The position numbers and the translations under genes are program-made. Under the pieces are notes generated by a model. It did not search any database. It saw only the letters and a program-made list of their open reading frames with translations, and was not told the DNA's origin. Below are positions 10,481-21,452 of a DNA stretch of 64,000 nt, piece after piece. Position 1 is the stretch's first letter; the number at the start of each line of letters is the position of its first letter. Origin of the DNA: Actinomycetota bacterium (lineage in GTDB: Bacteria; Actinomycetota; AC-67); contig JBIOTQ010000115.1 of NCBI GenBank assembly GCA_044866075.1, positions 10,607 to 74,606 of the forward strand, given 5' to 3'.

Positions 10481-11349
10481 TGCGGTTCGGTCTCGTCCCG
10501 CCGCTCGTCCACCGGAATCCGCGCTTCGATCCGCCGGCGTGGGAGACCACGGCGCAGATCGACGACCTCGCCGCCATCGCGCGGCGCGCCGACGAGCTCG
10601 GCTTCGACTTCATGTGTTTCCCCGGGCACGTCGCCATCCCGGAAGACGTCGGCGCCGTACGCGGCCTCGTCTACTGGGATCCCGTGGCGACGATGTCCTA
10701 CATCGCGGCCCACACCTCGCGCTTGAAGCTCTGCGCGTACGTCGTCGTGCTGGGCTACTACCACCCGCTACAGATCGCGAAGTCGTACGGATCGGTGGAC
10801 AGGCTGTCCGGCGGGCGGGTCATCCTCGGCGTGGGCGTCGGCTCGTTGCAGCAAGAGTTCGAGCTCCTCGGCGCGCCGTTCGAGGACCGCGGCCCGCGGG
10901 CCGACGACGCGCTCAAGGCGCTGCGCGCCTCGCTCTCGCAGAGGACCCCCGAGTACCACGGGACCTACTACGACTACGAGGGATTCGTTGTCGAGCCTCA
11001 CGCCGTGCAGGAGCACGTCCCGATCTGGGTCGGGGGCCGGACGGGCCGCTCTCTCCGCCGGGCGCTCGAGCTGGCCGACGGCTGGTCGCCCTTCAAGCTG
11101 AAGCTCGACGAGCTGCGCCCCATGCTCGAGGCGCATCGCGCAGCGATCGAGGCGCGGCCGGCCTTCGACCTGATCTTCCCGCCCGATCCGCCGCTCGACA
11201 CGCACGGCGATCCCGACGAAACGGACGCCGTCGTGTCGGCATACCGCGCCGCCGGCGCGACCGGACTCACGTTGCGCTTCGTCCACACCTCCCGCGACCA
11301 GTACCTCGACCAACTCGAGGCCTTCGCGACGAGACACATCAAGACCTGA
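10480..11349 (+). CDS. LLM-class F420-dependent oxidoreductase (luciferase-like monooxygenase family)
   Basis: MRFGLVPPLVHRNPRFDPPAWETTAQIDDLAAIARRADELGFDFMCFPGHVAIP... is typical of F420-dependent LLM. ATG overlaps the upstream stop (TGATG). Confidence 0.8.
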   Translation: MRFGLVPPLVHRNPRFDPPAWETTAQIDDLAAIARRADELGFDFMCFPGHVAIPEDVGAVRGLVYWDPVATMSYIAAHTSRLKLCAYVVVLGYYHPLQIAKSYGSVDRLSGGRVILGVGVGSLQQEFELLGAPFEDRGPRADDALKALRASLSQRTPEYHGTYYDYEGFVVEPHAVQEHVPIWVGGRTGRSLRRALELADGWSPFKLKLDELRPMLEAHRAAIEARPAFDLIFPPDPPLDTHGDPDETDAVVSAYRAAGATGLTLRFVHTSRDQYLDQLEAFATRHIKT

Positions 11350-11411
11350 CCTTCCGGCTATCACGCTGCGCGTCCGGCGCTCTCTATACTTTGTGCGTCA
11401 GAGGGGTACCC

Positions 11412-13196
11412 ATGAGCTCGGTCGGACTCGGTCACGCACGTCTGCCCACGCTGCCGGCGCTCGACGGCATCCGGGCGGTCGCGATCGCCGGCGTCCTCCT
11501 CTACCACAGCGACATCTACTGGTTCCCGGGCGGGCTCCTCGGCGTCGAGGTGTTCTTCGTCCTGTCCGGGTACCTGATCACGTCGCTGCTGCTCGGCGAG
11601 CTGCAGACGATCAGCCGGATCCGCATCAAGGATTTCCTCACCCGGCGCGCCCGCCGCCTGTTGCCTGCTCTGTTCGTGATGCTCGCGATAATGTCGACGA
11701 TCCTCGTCGTGTCCTTGCCGCACGAGGTCGCGCGAACGCGCGGGGACGTCGCGGCGGCGGCGACCTATACATCGAACTGGTATCTGATCCACGCCGACCA
11801 CTCCTACTTCATCGATTTCCAGCGCCCGTCACCGTTCGGTCACCTGTGGTCCCTTGCGATCGAGGAGCAGTTCTATCTGCTGTGGCCGCCGATCCTGCTC
11901 TTCTTGTGGAGACGCGTCCGCCGACGACGCCGCATCGCCGGAACGCTCCTGGCCGGCGCCGCGCTGTCGTCCGGGCTCCTCGCGTGGCTGTTCGACGCCG
12001 GCGATCCGTCGCGCATCTACTACGGCACCGATACGCGCGCCTCGGGCCTCTTGATCGGGGCCGCCTTGGCCGTTCTGTGGCGCCCCTTCATCGAAGATCA
12101 TCTCGTCGAGAAGACCCGCCGCTTCGTCGACGCCGCTACGATCGCGTCGAGCGGGTTCCTCGTCTACGCGTTCCTGCGGTTCGACGACCTCTCCCCCTTC
12201 ACGTATCGGCCCGGCCTCTTGCTCGTGTCGATCGCCACGGCGGTGCTCATCGCATCGTGCGTGCATCCCCACGCGCGCGTCGCGCGGCTGTACGGGACGA
12301 GACCCATGCGCTGGCTCGGCAAGCGCTCCTACGGCGTGTACATCTGGTACTTCCCCGTCTTCGCGCTGACCCGTCCGGGTGTCGACCTCGATCTGTCGAT
12401 CGGCGTCACGTTCGCGATCCGCGTCGCCGTCGTCCTCACCCTCGCCGCCTTGTCGTACCGTTTCGTCGAGGACCCGATCCGGAGCGGTGTCGCAGGCCGC
12501 AAGCTGAGGGAGCTCGCGCAACGGGCGCGCGTGCCGACGGACAAGGGCCGCCGTATCGACCTCGCGATGCGCGCCGCCGGGCTGATCGGCGTGACGATGA
12601 TCGGCGCGCTGCTCGTCACGATGGCCAACGCGCCCCTCCCGGCGGCGGTGGGATCATCCTCGTCGATCGCCTCCGTGCAGCGGGGTGATCGCGGCTTCGA
12701 AGATCCCGTGATCGACGCCCAGCCCCTCGACAAACGGGTCGTCGCGATCGGCGACTCGGTGATGAGCGGCGCGCGCCCCGCGCTGCGCGCCCGGTTCGGG
12801 CACGTCCGCGTCGATGCCGTCGTCGGACGGCAGGTGAAGGACGGGATCGCGCGGCTGGAATTCCTCAAGGCGCACGGAGCCCTCGGCGGGACAGTCATCA
12901 TCCACCTCGGCAACAATGGGCGCTTCACGTCGCCGCAGTTCGAGCGCATGATGCGTGTCCTGCGGGACGTCAATCACGTCGTCTTCGTCAATGTGAAGGT
13001 TCCCCGCCGGTGGGAGGCTTCGGTCAATCACGTGATCCTGGCCGGGAGGCACCGTCACCCCGAGGTCACCATCGTCAACTGGAAACGGCTGTGGCGGACC
13101 TGCCGGGGCCGCGTTTTCGGTGGCGACGGCACGCACCTCACCGCCCCCGGTGCGCGCTGCTACGCGGCGGCGATCGCGCAGGCTGCCAGACTCTGA
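11412..13196 (+). CDS. acyltransferase-3 (OafA/YrhL-type) membrane acyltransferase fused to C-terminal SGNH hydrolase domain
   Basis: ATG at 11412. About 10 TM helices with the AT3 motif (LDGIRAVAIAGVLLYH...WSLAIEEQFYLLWP), followed by a periplasmic SGNH domain (VVAIGDSVMSG...). The annotated 885-aa ORF is an upstream-extended artefact. Confidence 0.8.
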   Translation: MSSVGLGHARLPTLPALDGIRAVAIAGVLLYHSDIYWFPGGLLGVEVFFVLSGYLITSLLLGELQTISRIRIKDFLTRRARRLLPALFVMLAIMSTILVVSLPHEVARTRGDVAAAATYTSNWYLIHADHSYFIDFQRPSPFGHLWSLAIEEQFYLLWPPILLFLWRRVRRRRRIAGTLLAGAALSSGLLAWLFDAGDPSRIYYGTDTRASGLLIGAALAVLWRPFIEDHLVEKTRRFVDAATIASSGFLVYAFLRFDDLSPFTYRPGLLLVSIATAVLIASCVHPHARVARLYGTRPMRWLGKRSYGVYIWYFPVFALTRPGVDLDLSIGVTFAIRVAVVLTLAALSYRFVEDPIRSGVAGRKLRELAQRARVPTDKGRRIDLAMRAAGLIGVTMIGALLVTMANAPLPAAVGSSSSIASVQRGDRGFEDPVIDAQPLDKRVVAIGDSVMSGARPALRARFGHVRVDAVVGRQVKDGIARLEFLKAHGALGGTVIIHLGNNGRFTSPQFERMMRVLRDVNHVVFVNVKVPRRWEASVNHVILAGRHRHPEVTIVNWKRLWRTCRGRVFGGDGTHLTAPGARCYAAAIAQAARL

Positions 13197-13202
13197 GCCT
13201 CG

Positions 13203-13847
13203 CTACCCGAGCCGCGCGAGGTGTTCGCGGATGAAGCTTGCCATCGCCTCGTAGCCGATGTCGTAGAGGTGGAGCCCGTCACCGCTGATCCATTGCGGGT
13301 TCGCGTCGAGGACGCTCCCCCAGTCCGGCACGACGAGCATCCTGTCGATGCGGTCGGCTTCCTTCAGCATCGCGATCTTCTCCGCGTAGCGTTCGGGGTC
13401 CGGGTGATGCGGAGGGATCCACACGATCCGCCGCGCGCCGCGCGCCTCGAGCGCCTCGCGCAGGCGGAGGACGTCGTCGGCGAAGCCCGCCGAGCTGAAA
13501 CCGGGATTGCTTCCGAGCACGACGACGACGTAGCGCGGGACCTTCAAGCGCGGCTCGATCTGATCGACGGCCCACGGAACCGTGCGGCCGCCTTCCGCGA
13601 TCGACTCGGGCACCCAGCCGTCGATCTCGAGTTTCAGATTCAGGTTCCCGTGCCCCATCAAACCGACGAGCAACGAGTCCCCCACCAGAAGGACCGGGCC
13701 GCCTCGCGGTCCCCGCGTGCGCTGGGGGGCGGCGTTCGTTCCGGCGGCGCCGCCGGGTAGCGCGTCGAGGTCGCGGGGACCGCTGTCGAAGCTACAAGCT
13801 GCCAGAGCCGCCAGCGCGAGCAGCGATACGAAGAGCTTGGAGCGCAT
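13203..13847 (-). CDS. SGNH/GDSL hydrolase-family lipoprotein
   Basis: MRSKLFVSLLALAALAACSF lipoprotein signal, then GDSL (LLVGDSLLVG). ATG overlaps the upstream thioesterase stop (TGATG). Confidence 0.65.
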   Translation of the reverse strand: MRSKLFVSLLALAALAACSFDSGPRDLDALPGGAAGTNAAPQRTRGPRGGPVLLVGDSLLVGLMGHGNLNLKLEIDGWVPESIAEGGRTVPWAVDQIEPRLKVPRYVVVVLGSNPGFSSAGFADDVLRLREALEARGARRIVWIPPHHPDPERYAEKIAMLKEADRIDRMLVVPDWGSVLDANPQWISGDGLHLYDIGYEAMASFIREHLARLG

Positions 13848-14263
13848 CAGCGCGTAACGGCTCCGTCCATCTCGAGCTTGTCCCTCAAGACCGGCGGGAT
13901 GGGCCGCGACTCGTTCGTTCCGTGCTGCACACAGACGTAAGTGATCACCCCGTCGCACACCGGCCGCCCGTCGACGCCGGCGCCGAGCCGCATGTCGAAG
14001 GACTTCGTTCCGATGCGATCCGGCGTCACCGCGATCGCGACGTTGTCGTCGAACCCGGCCGGGCCACGCCATTCGAGCACCGCCTTCACCACCATGACGT
14101 CGAAGGCCCCGCCCTCGAAGAAGTCGACCTTGGGGTCGAAGCCGATCGCCTCGAAGTAGCGCGTGACCGCCTCATCGAAGTAGGTCAGCCAGTGCGCGTT
14201 GAAGACGACCCCTTGCATGTCGACTTCTGCGTACCGGGGGCGGATGGTGTGCGTGAAGGTCAC
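13847..14263 (-). CDS. acyl-CoA thioesterase (YbgC/4HBT hotdog family)
   Basis: 138 aa; RYAEVDMQGVVFNAHWLTYFDEAVTRYFEAIG is the typical 4HBT-type motif. Confidence 0.7.
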   Translation of the reverse strand: MTFTHTIRPRYAEVDMQGVVFNAHWLTYFDEAVTRYFEAIGFDPKVDFFEGGAFDVMVVKAVLEWRGPAGFDDNVAIAVTPDRIGTKSFDMRLGAGVDGRPVCDGVITYVCVQHGTNESRPIPPVLRDKLEMDGAVTR

Positions 14264-14299
14264 GGCCGCATAGGTTAGCGGGTAGGACGGTGGCTCGAC

Positions 14300-15175
14300 T
14301 CAGGGCTTCCGCCAGGCGATGATCGTTCCGTCGCCGTGTTCCGCGCGCAGCGCTGCGACCTCTTGATCCGGTCGGCGACCGGCGGCGAGGTCGCGCTCGA
14401 GGCGCGCCAGCCCTTGCCGGAGCTCGCTCGGATCCTGCCGCGCGACGCGTTCGAAGAAGCTCGTCTGCAGCCGCCATGCCGGGTCGAGCAGCAGATCGGG
14501 GTGGCGGCACAGCGCCGACATCGACGCGTCGACAAGATCGGAGAAGCTGAAGGGCCGGGCGCGAGCGCCCGGCAGTTCCGCGCGGAGCTCGGCGAGCGTC
14601 TGATGTTCGCGCTCGGCCCAGCGCCGGGCGCTCGGGAAGTACTCGAAGATCCAGTGAACGTCGAGGTTCTCGCGCGTGTAGGCCATGATCGCGAGCCGGC
14701 CGCGGGGCCGAAGCACCCGCGTTGCTTCGGTGAGGGCCGCTCGCCACTTCCGGACCAGGTGCAGAGCGGAGACGTTGATCACCGCGTCGACGCTTTCGCC
14801 GGCGACCGGCAACCGTGCGGCGTCGGCTTCGACGACCGGCAGGCCTTTGGCCCGTGCTCGCGTGAGCATCTCTACGGAGACGTCGAGGACGGCCGGCCGC
14901 CAGCCTCGGCGTTCCAAGGCGGCCGCGTAGTTGCCAGTCCCGCCGGCGACGTCGAGAAGCCGCCGGCCGGGCGCGCCTTCCAGCGCGCGGGCGAGGGGCT
15001 CGAGGATGGAGGGACTGGCGCCGCGGGTCCGGTCGTACCGAGCGGCTTGAGCGGCGTAGTCGTGGCGAGAGCCTTGCGGCGACGGGTTCACTCCGTGGAG
15101 GTCTACCAGCAACTCTCGGGGTTCTCCTCGGCCCCTTGGCCGCGACGGGCCTGAATGTTTACTTGACTCCGTCAA
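14300..15175 (-). CDS. class I SAM-dependent methyltransferase
   Basis: LDVAGGTGNYAAAL SAM-binding motif and a Methyltransf_11-like core. Start uncertain (15175 or the internal GTG at 15106). Confidence 0.7.
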   Translation of the reverse strand: MTESSKHSGPSRPRGRGEPRELLVDLHGVNPSPQGSRHDYAAQAARYDRTRGASPSILEPLARALEGAPGRRLLDVAGGTGNYAAALERRGWRPAVLDVSVEMLTRARAKGLPVVEADAARLPVAGESVDAVINVSALHLVRKWRAALTEATRVLRPRGRLAIMAYTRENLDVHWIFEYFPSARRWAEREHQTLAELRAELPGARARPFSFSDLVDASMSALCRHPDLLLDPAWRLQTSFFERVARQDPSELRQGLARLERDLAAGRRPDQEVAALRAEHGDGTIIAWRKP

Positions 15176-15198
15176 CTATCTGCGAGACAGTGGCCCGG

Positions 15199-16122
15199 AT
15201 GGGTGCGACGAGCGACCGCCGGGTCGAGGAGATCCGCGGCTTCAATCGTTTCTACACGCGCCGCATCGGCATCCTGCGTCGCGGCTGGCTGGGGAGCGAC
15301 CTCTCCCTCACCGAAGTGCGGGTGCTGTACGAGCTGGCGCACCGCCGGGCCCCCACCGCGTCCGAGCTCAGCCGCGACCTCGACCTCGACCCGGGCTACC
15401 TCAGCCGCATCCTCGGCCGGTTCGAGCGCGCCGGCTACGTGAAACGCGACCGCACGGGCAGCGACGCGCGCCGCAGCTACCTCTCGCTCACATCCCTGGG
15501 GCGCAAGGTCTTCGAACCGCTCGACGCCGCGGCGCAGGTCGAGGCGCGGAAGATGATCGAGGGCATCCCGGCCGCGGGACAGCGTCGCCTTGTCGCCGCC
15601 ATGCGCGACATCGAATCGCTCCTCGGTGATCATCGCGACGCGCGTGACGTCGTGCTGCGCGATCCCCGGCCCGGCGAGATGGGATGGGTCGTCGAGCGGC
15701 ACGGCGCGCTTTACGCGCAGGAGTACGGCTGGGAGGAGCGCTTCGAGGCGCTCGTCGCCGACGTCGTCGCGCGCTTCATGGCCTCGTACGACCCGGCGAG
15801 GGAACGCTGCTGGATCGCGGACCTCAACGGTGAGCCGGTGGGGTCGGTGTTCCTCGTCGCGAAGTCGAAGACGGTCGCGAAGCTACGCCTGCTCATCGTC
15901 GAGCCGCACGCCCGCGGGCTCGGGATCGGCGGCAGACTCGTCGACGCGTGCATCGCCTTCGCCCGCGACGCCGGCTATCGCACGATCGAGCTGTGGACGC
16001 AAAGCGTCCTCCACGCCGCGCGCCGCATCTACGAGCGCGCGGGGTTCGAACTGGTCGCGGAGGAAGACCACGCGACCTTCGGCCCCACGATCACCGGCGA
16101 GGCCTGGCGGCTCGTGCTGTAG
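15199..16122 (+). CDS. MarR-family HTH regulator fused to GNAT N-acetyltransferase domain
   Basis: N-terminal MarR wHTH (RGFNRFYTRRIGIL...LTEVRVLYELA...SELSRDLDLDPGYLSRIL), C-terminal GNAT (LLIVEPHARGLGIGGRLVDACIAFARDAGYRTIELWT). ATG 15199 is preferred over 15136 to avoid overlapping the divergent methyltransferase. Confidence 0.75.
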   Translation: MGATSDRRVEEIRGFNRFYTRRIGILRRGWLGSDLSLTEVRVLYELAHRRAPTASELSRDLDLDPGYLSRILGRFERAGYVKRDRTGSDARRSYLSLTSLGRKVFEPLDAAAQVEARKMIEGIPAAGQRRLVAAMRDIESLLGDHRDARDVVLRDPRPGEMGWVVERHGALYAQEYGWEERFEALVADVVARFMASYDPARERCWIADLNGEPVGSVFLVAKSKTVAKLRLLIVEPHARGLGIGGRLVDACIAFARDAGYRTIELWTQSVLHAARRIYERAGFELVAEEDHATFGPTITGEAWRLVL

Positions 16123-16192
16123 AAGGTCACACCGCCCCACCTGCGGGTATTACAGTGGGAGCCGCCTATCTCCGACGTACTAGGACGAAGGC

Positions 16193-18889
<2,697 letters not shown>

Positions 18890-18981
18890 GTCGGCGCAGG
18901 AACAGGCCGGTGAACTGCGCCGCCATCGCTCCGCTCGGTCTCTAGCAACTTCCGCGCATCCGTCCGGCTAACCTTCGCTCG

Positions 18982-20142
18982 ATGGAAGCCGAACGTCTGC
19001 TAGAGCTCGGCGCGGTCATCCTCGGTCTCGCCGTGCTGGCTCGCCTGGCCGGTAGGATCGGAATCCCCGCGATCCCGCTGTACCTCTTGGCCGGACTCGC
19101 GTTCGGCGAGGGCGGAATCGTGCCGCTCGTCACGACCCACGGCTTCGTGGAACTGGGCAGCGAGATCGGGCTGATCCTGTTGCTCTTCATGCTCGGCCTC
19201 GAATATTCGGCCTCCGATCTGATCTCGGCCATCAGAGGGTCCGTCGCCACGGCCGCGTTCGATCTGGTCCTCAACTTCACTCCGGGCTTCCTCGCGGGAT
19301 ATGTGCTCGGCCTCGGACTCATCCCGGCCTTGTTCCTCGGCGGCGTGACGCTGGTGACCTCGTCCGGGGTGGCCGCGCGAATCATCAGCGACCTCGGCTG
19401 GAGTGGCAGCCGGACGGCGGAGGTCGTCATTTCGATATGCGTGATCGAAGATCTCACCATGGCCCTCTACTTGCCGATCATCGGCGCGATCGTGGTCGGC
19501 GGCGCGACGCTCGTTGGGATCGGATCGGCCTTGCTCGCCGTCCTCGGAGTCCTCGTGATCCTGGCGCTCGCGACGCGCGTGGATGTGGGGATCAGCCGCC
19601 TCATCTTCAGCAAGTCCGATGAGGCTCTCCTGCTGACGATCCTCGGGCTCGCCGTCGTCGTCGCCGGGCTCGCCGAGATGGTCGAGGTATCGGCCGCCGT
19701 CGGCGCGCTTCTGATCGGCATCGTTCTCTCCGGGCCCGCGACGCAAGGCGCGCGTCAGATGCTGCAGCCCCTGCGCCACCTTTTCTCAGCCTTCTTCTTC
19801 GCCTTCATCGGGCTTCAGATCGACCCTCAGTCGTTGCCCGGGTCGCTGGGGCCGGCCCTGGCTCTCGGTGTCGTGGGGGTCGGCACGAAAGCGTTGACCG
19901 GCTGGCTGGCGACGCGCGGTCAAGCCATCGACCGACCAGGACGACTGCGCACCGCGGCCGCGCTGATACCGCGCGGGGAATTCTCTCTGGTCATTGCCGG
20001 ACTCGGTGTCACCGCCGGTCTCCCCTCGCGGCTCGCGTCCGTTGCGATCGCGTACGTGGTCTTCCTCGCCATCGTCGGCCCGGTCATCGCTCGCGTGACG
20101 GACGTGATGATCGCGCGCCGGGCCGTGGATGTCGCCCGCTAG
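18982..20142 (+). CDS. cation:proton antiporter (CPA2/Na+/H+ exchanger family)
   Basis: 386 aa, about 11 to 12 TM helices, Na_H_Exchanger-like pattern. Confidence 0.8.
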   Translation: MEAERLLELGAVILGLAVLARLAGRIGIPAIPLYLLAGLAFGEGGIVPLVTTHGFVELGSEIGLILLLFMLGLEYSASDLISAIRGSVATAAFDLVLNFTPGFLAGYVLGLGLIPALFLGGVTLVTSSGVAARIISDLGWSGSRTAEVVISICVIEDLTMALYLPIIGAIVVGGATLVGIGSALLAVLGVLVILALATRVDVGISRLIFSKSDEALLLTILGLAVVVAGLAEMVEVSAAVGALLIGIVLSGPATQGARQMLQPLRHLFSAFFFAFIGLQIDPQSLPGSLGPALALGVVGVGTKALTGWLATRGQAIDRPGRLRTAAALIPRGEFSLVIAGLGVTAGLPSRLASVAIAYVVFLAIVGPVIARVTDVMIARRAVDVAR

Positions 20143-20218
20143 AACAACGCCGAGGTAATGAACCCGCTTCCGGACGGTTCCCGTATTACCGATAGGCGGC
20201 CGATCCGGGAGGGGAGCT

Positions 20219-21115
20219 ATGACTCAGCTGCAGCGTTATCTCGCGGAGGAGATCGCCCAGGATCACGTCGACGGCGTACTCACGCGGCGTGAGGCATTGC
20301 GACGGATGATCTTGCTCGGTTTGTCGGTCGCAGCGGCCTCGAGCTTGATCGCAGCGTGCTCGTCCGACGAACCGACCGTTCGCGGAACGCCCACGGGCTC
20401 GACGACGCCGACATCACCCAGCCCCTCAACGAAGGGCGCGGTGGCAACACAAGCGATCACCTTCGCCGGTCCGAGCGGCCGGACGTTGATGGGCGCGTGG
20501 GCACCGGCCGCGTCACCACGCGGCGGCGTGCTCGTCATCCATGAGAACCGCGGTCTCACGGACCACATCCGGTCGGTGGCCGGACGGTTCGCCGGATCGG
20601 GCTACTCGGCGCTGGCCATCGATCTGCTCTCCGAGGAGGGAGGAACGGAACGCGCCGGCGGCGACGCCACGTCGCTACTCGGCCGCGCGCCCGAATCTCG
20701 TTTCGTCGCCGACATGCGCGCCGGTGTCGCGGAGCTCGGGCGTCGCCTCCCCGGCTCGAAGATCGGCGCCGTCGGCTTCTGTTTCGGCGGCGGCATGGTC
20801 TGGCGGCTCATCGACGCACCCGAGCCACGCCTCGCCGCGGCGGCCCCCTTTTACGGGCCGGCACCGGAGAGTCCCGATTTCTCGGGCGCGAAAGCGGCGG
20901 TACTGGCGATCTACGCAGGACTCGACGATCGCGTGAACGGGACGCGGGATACCGCGCGCATGGCGCTCGAGCGAGCGGACCTCACCCACGAGATCGTGAC
21001 GTACCCCAATGTCGGTCACGCATTCTTCAACGACACCGGCGAGCGTTACAACGCCGACGCCGCGCGGAAGGCGTACGCGAAGGTCCTCGACTGGTTCGGG
21101 CGCTATGTCGGCTGA
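20219..21115 (+). CDS. dienelactone hydrolase-family protein, Tat/lipoprotein signal
   Basis: TRREALRRMILLGLSVAAASSLIAAC Tat-lipoprotein signal, then the DLH fold (VLVIHENRGL...GFCFGGGMVWR...). Confidence 0.75.
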   Translation: MTQLQRYLAEEIAQDHVDGVLTRREALRRMILLGLSVAAASSLIAACSSDEPTVRGTPTGSTTPTSPSPSTKGAVATQAITFAGPSGRTLMGAWAPAASPRGGVLVIHENRGLTDHIRSVAGRFAGSGYSALAIDLLSEEGGTERAGGDATSLLGRAPESRFVADMRAGVAELGRRLPGSKIGAVGFCFGGGMVWRLIDAPEPRLAAAAPFYGPAPESPDFSGAKAAVLAIYAGLDDRVNGTRDTARMALERADLTHEIVTYPNVGHAFFNDTGERYNADAARKAYAKVLDWFGRYVG

Positions 21116-21452
21116 ACGAACACGCGCTCCGCGCACCGACCCGTCATTCACATGGTTTGGTCCGAAAATGTCGGGCCAGATTTCCGCGCTCGGGGGCCGT
21201 GGGTGAGGCTCCCTGCGGGTAAGCACTTAAGACCGCGAGTATGGAGGGCAGCCATGCCGCAGAGTTGGGGCGACACTTCGCGATCGAAGCGGGGCGCGGC
21301 CCAGATCGATCGGCAGGATGATCGCCGCCCGTACGGCGAACGCCCCGTCGCTCGCGACGATCTATCGATCCACAGACGCCTGCCGCGTTGGCTCGCGGTG
21401 ATTCTCGATAGGCCTCTCGACGATAGGTACCGCCGGTAAGCCTCCGTCCTGG

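Noticed and set aside
10539-13196. 885-aa annotated ORF
   Set aside because: The first 291 codons are an Arg-rich extension overlapping the LLM gene. The real acyltransferase starts at ATG 11412, immediately before the first TM helix.
16040-16075. GGGGTTCGAACTGG resembling a tRNA T-arm
   Set aside because: Lies inside the GNAT coding region. No acceptor or anticodon stems around it.
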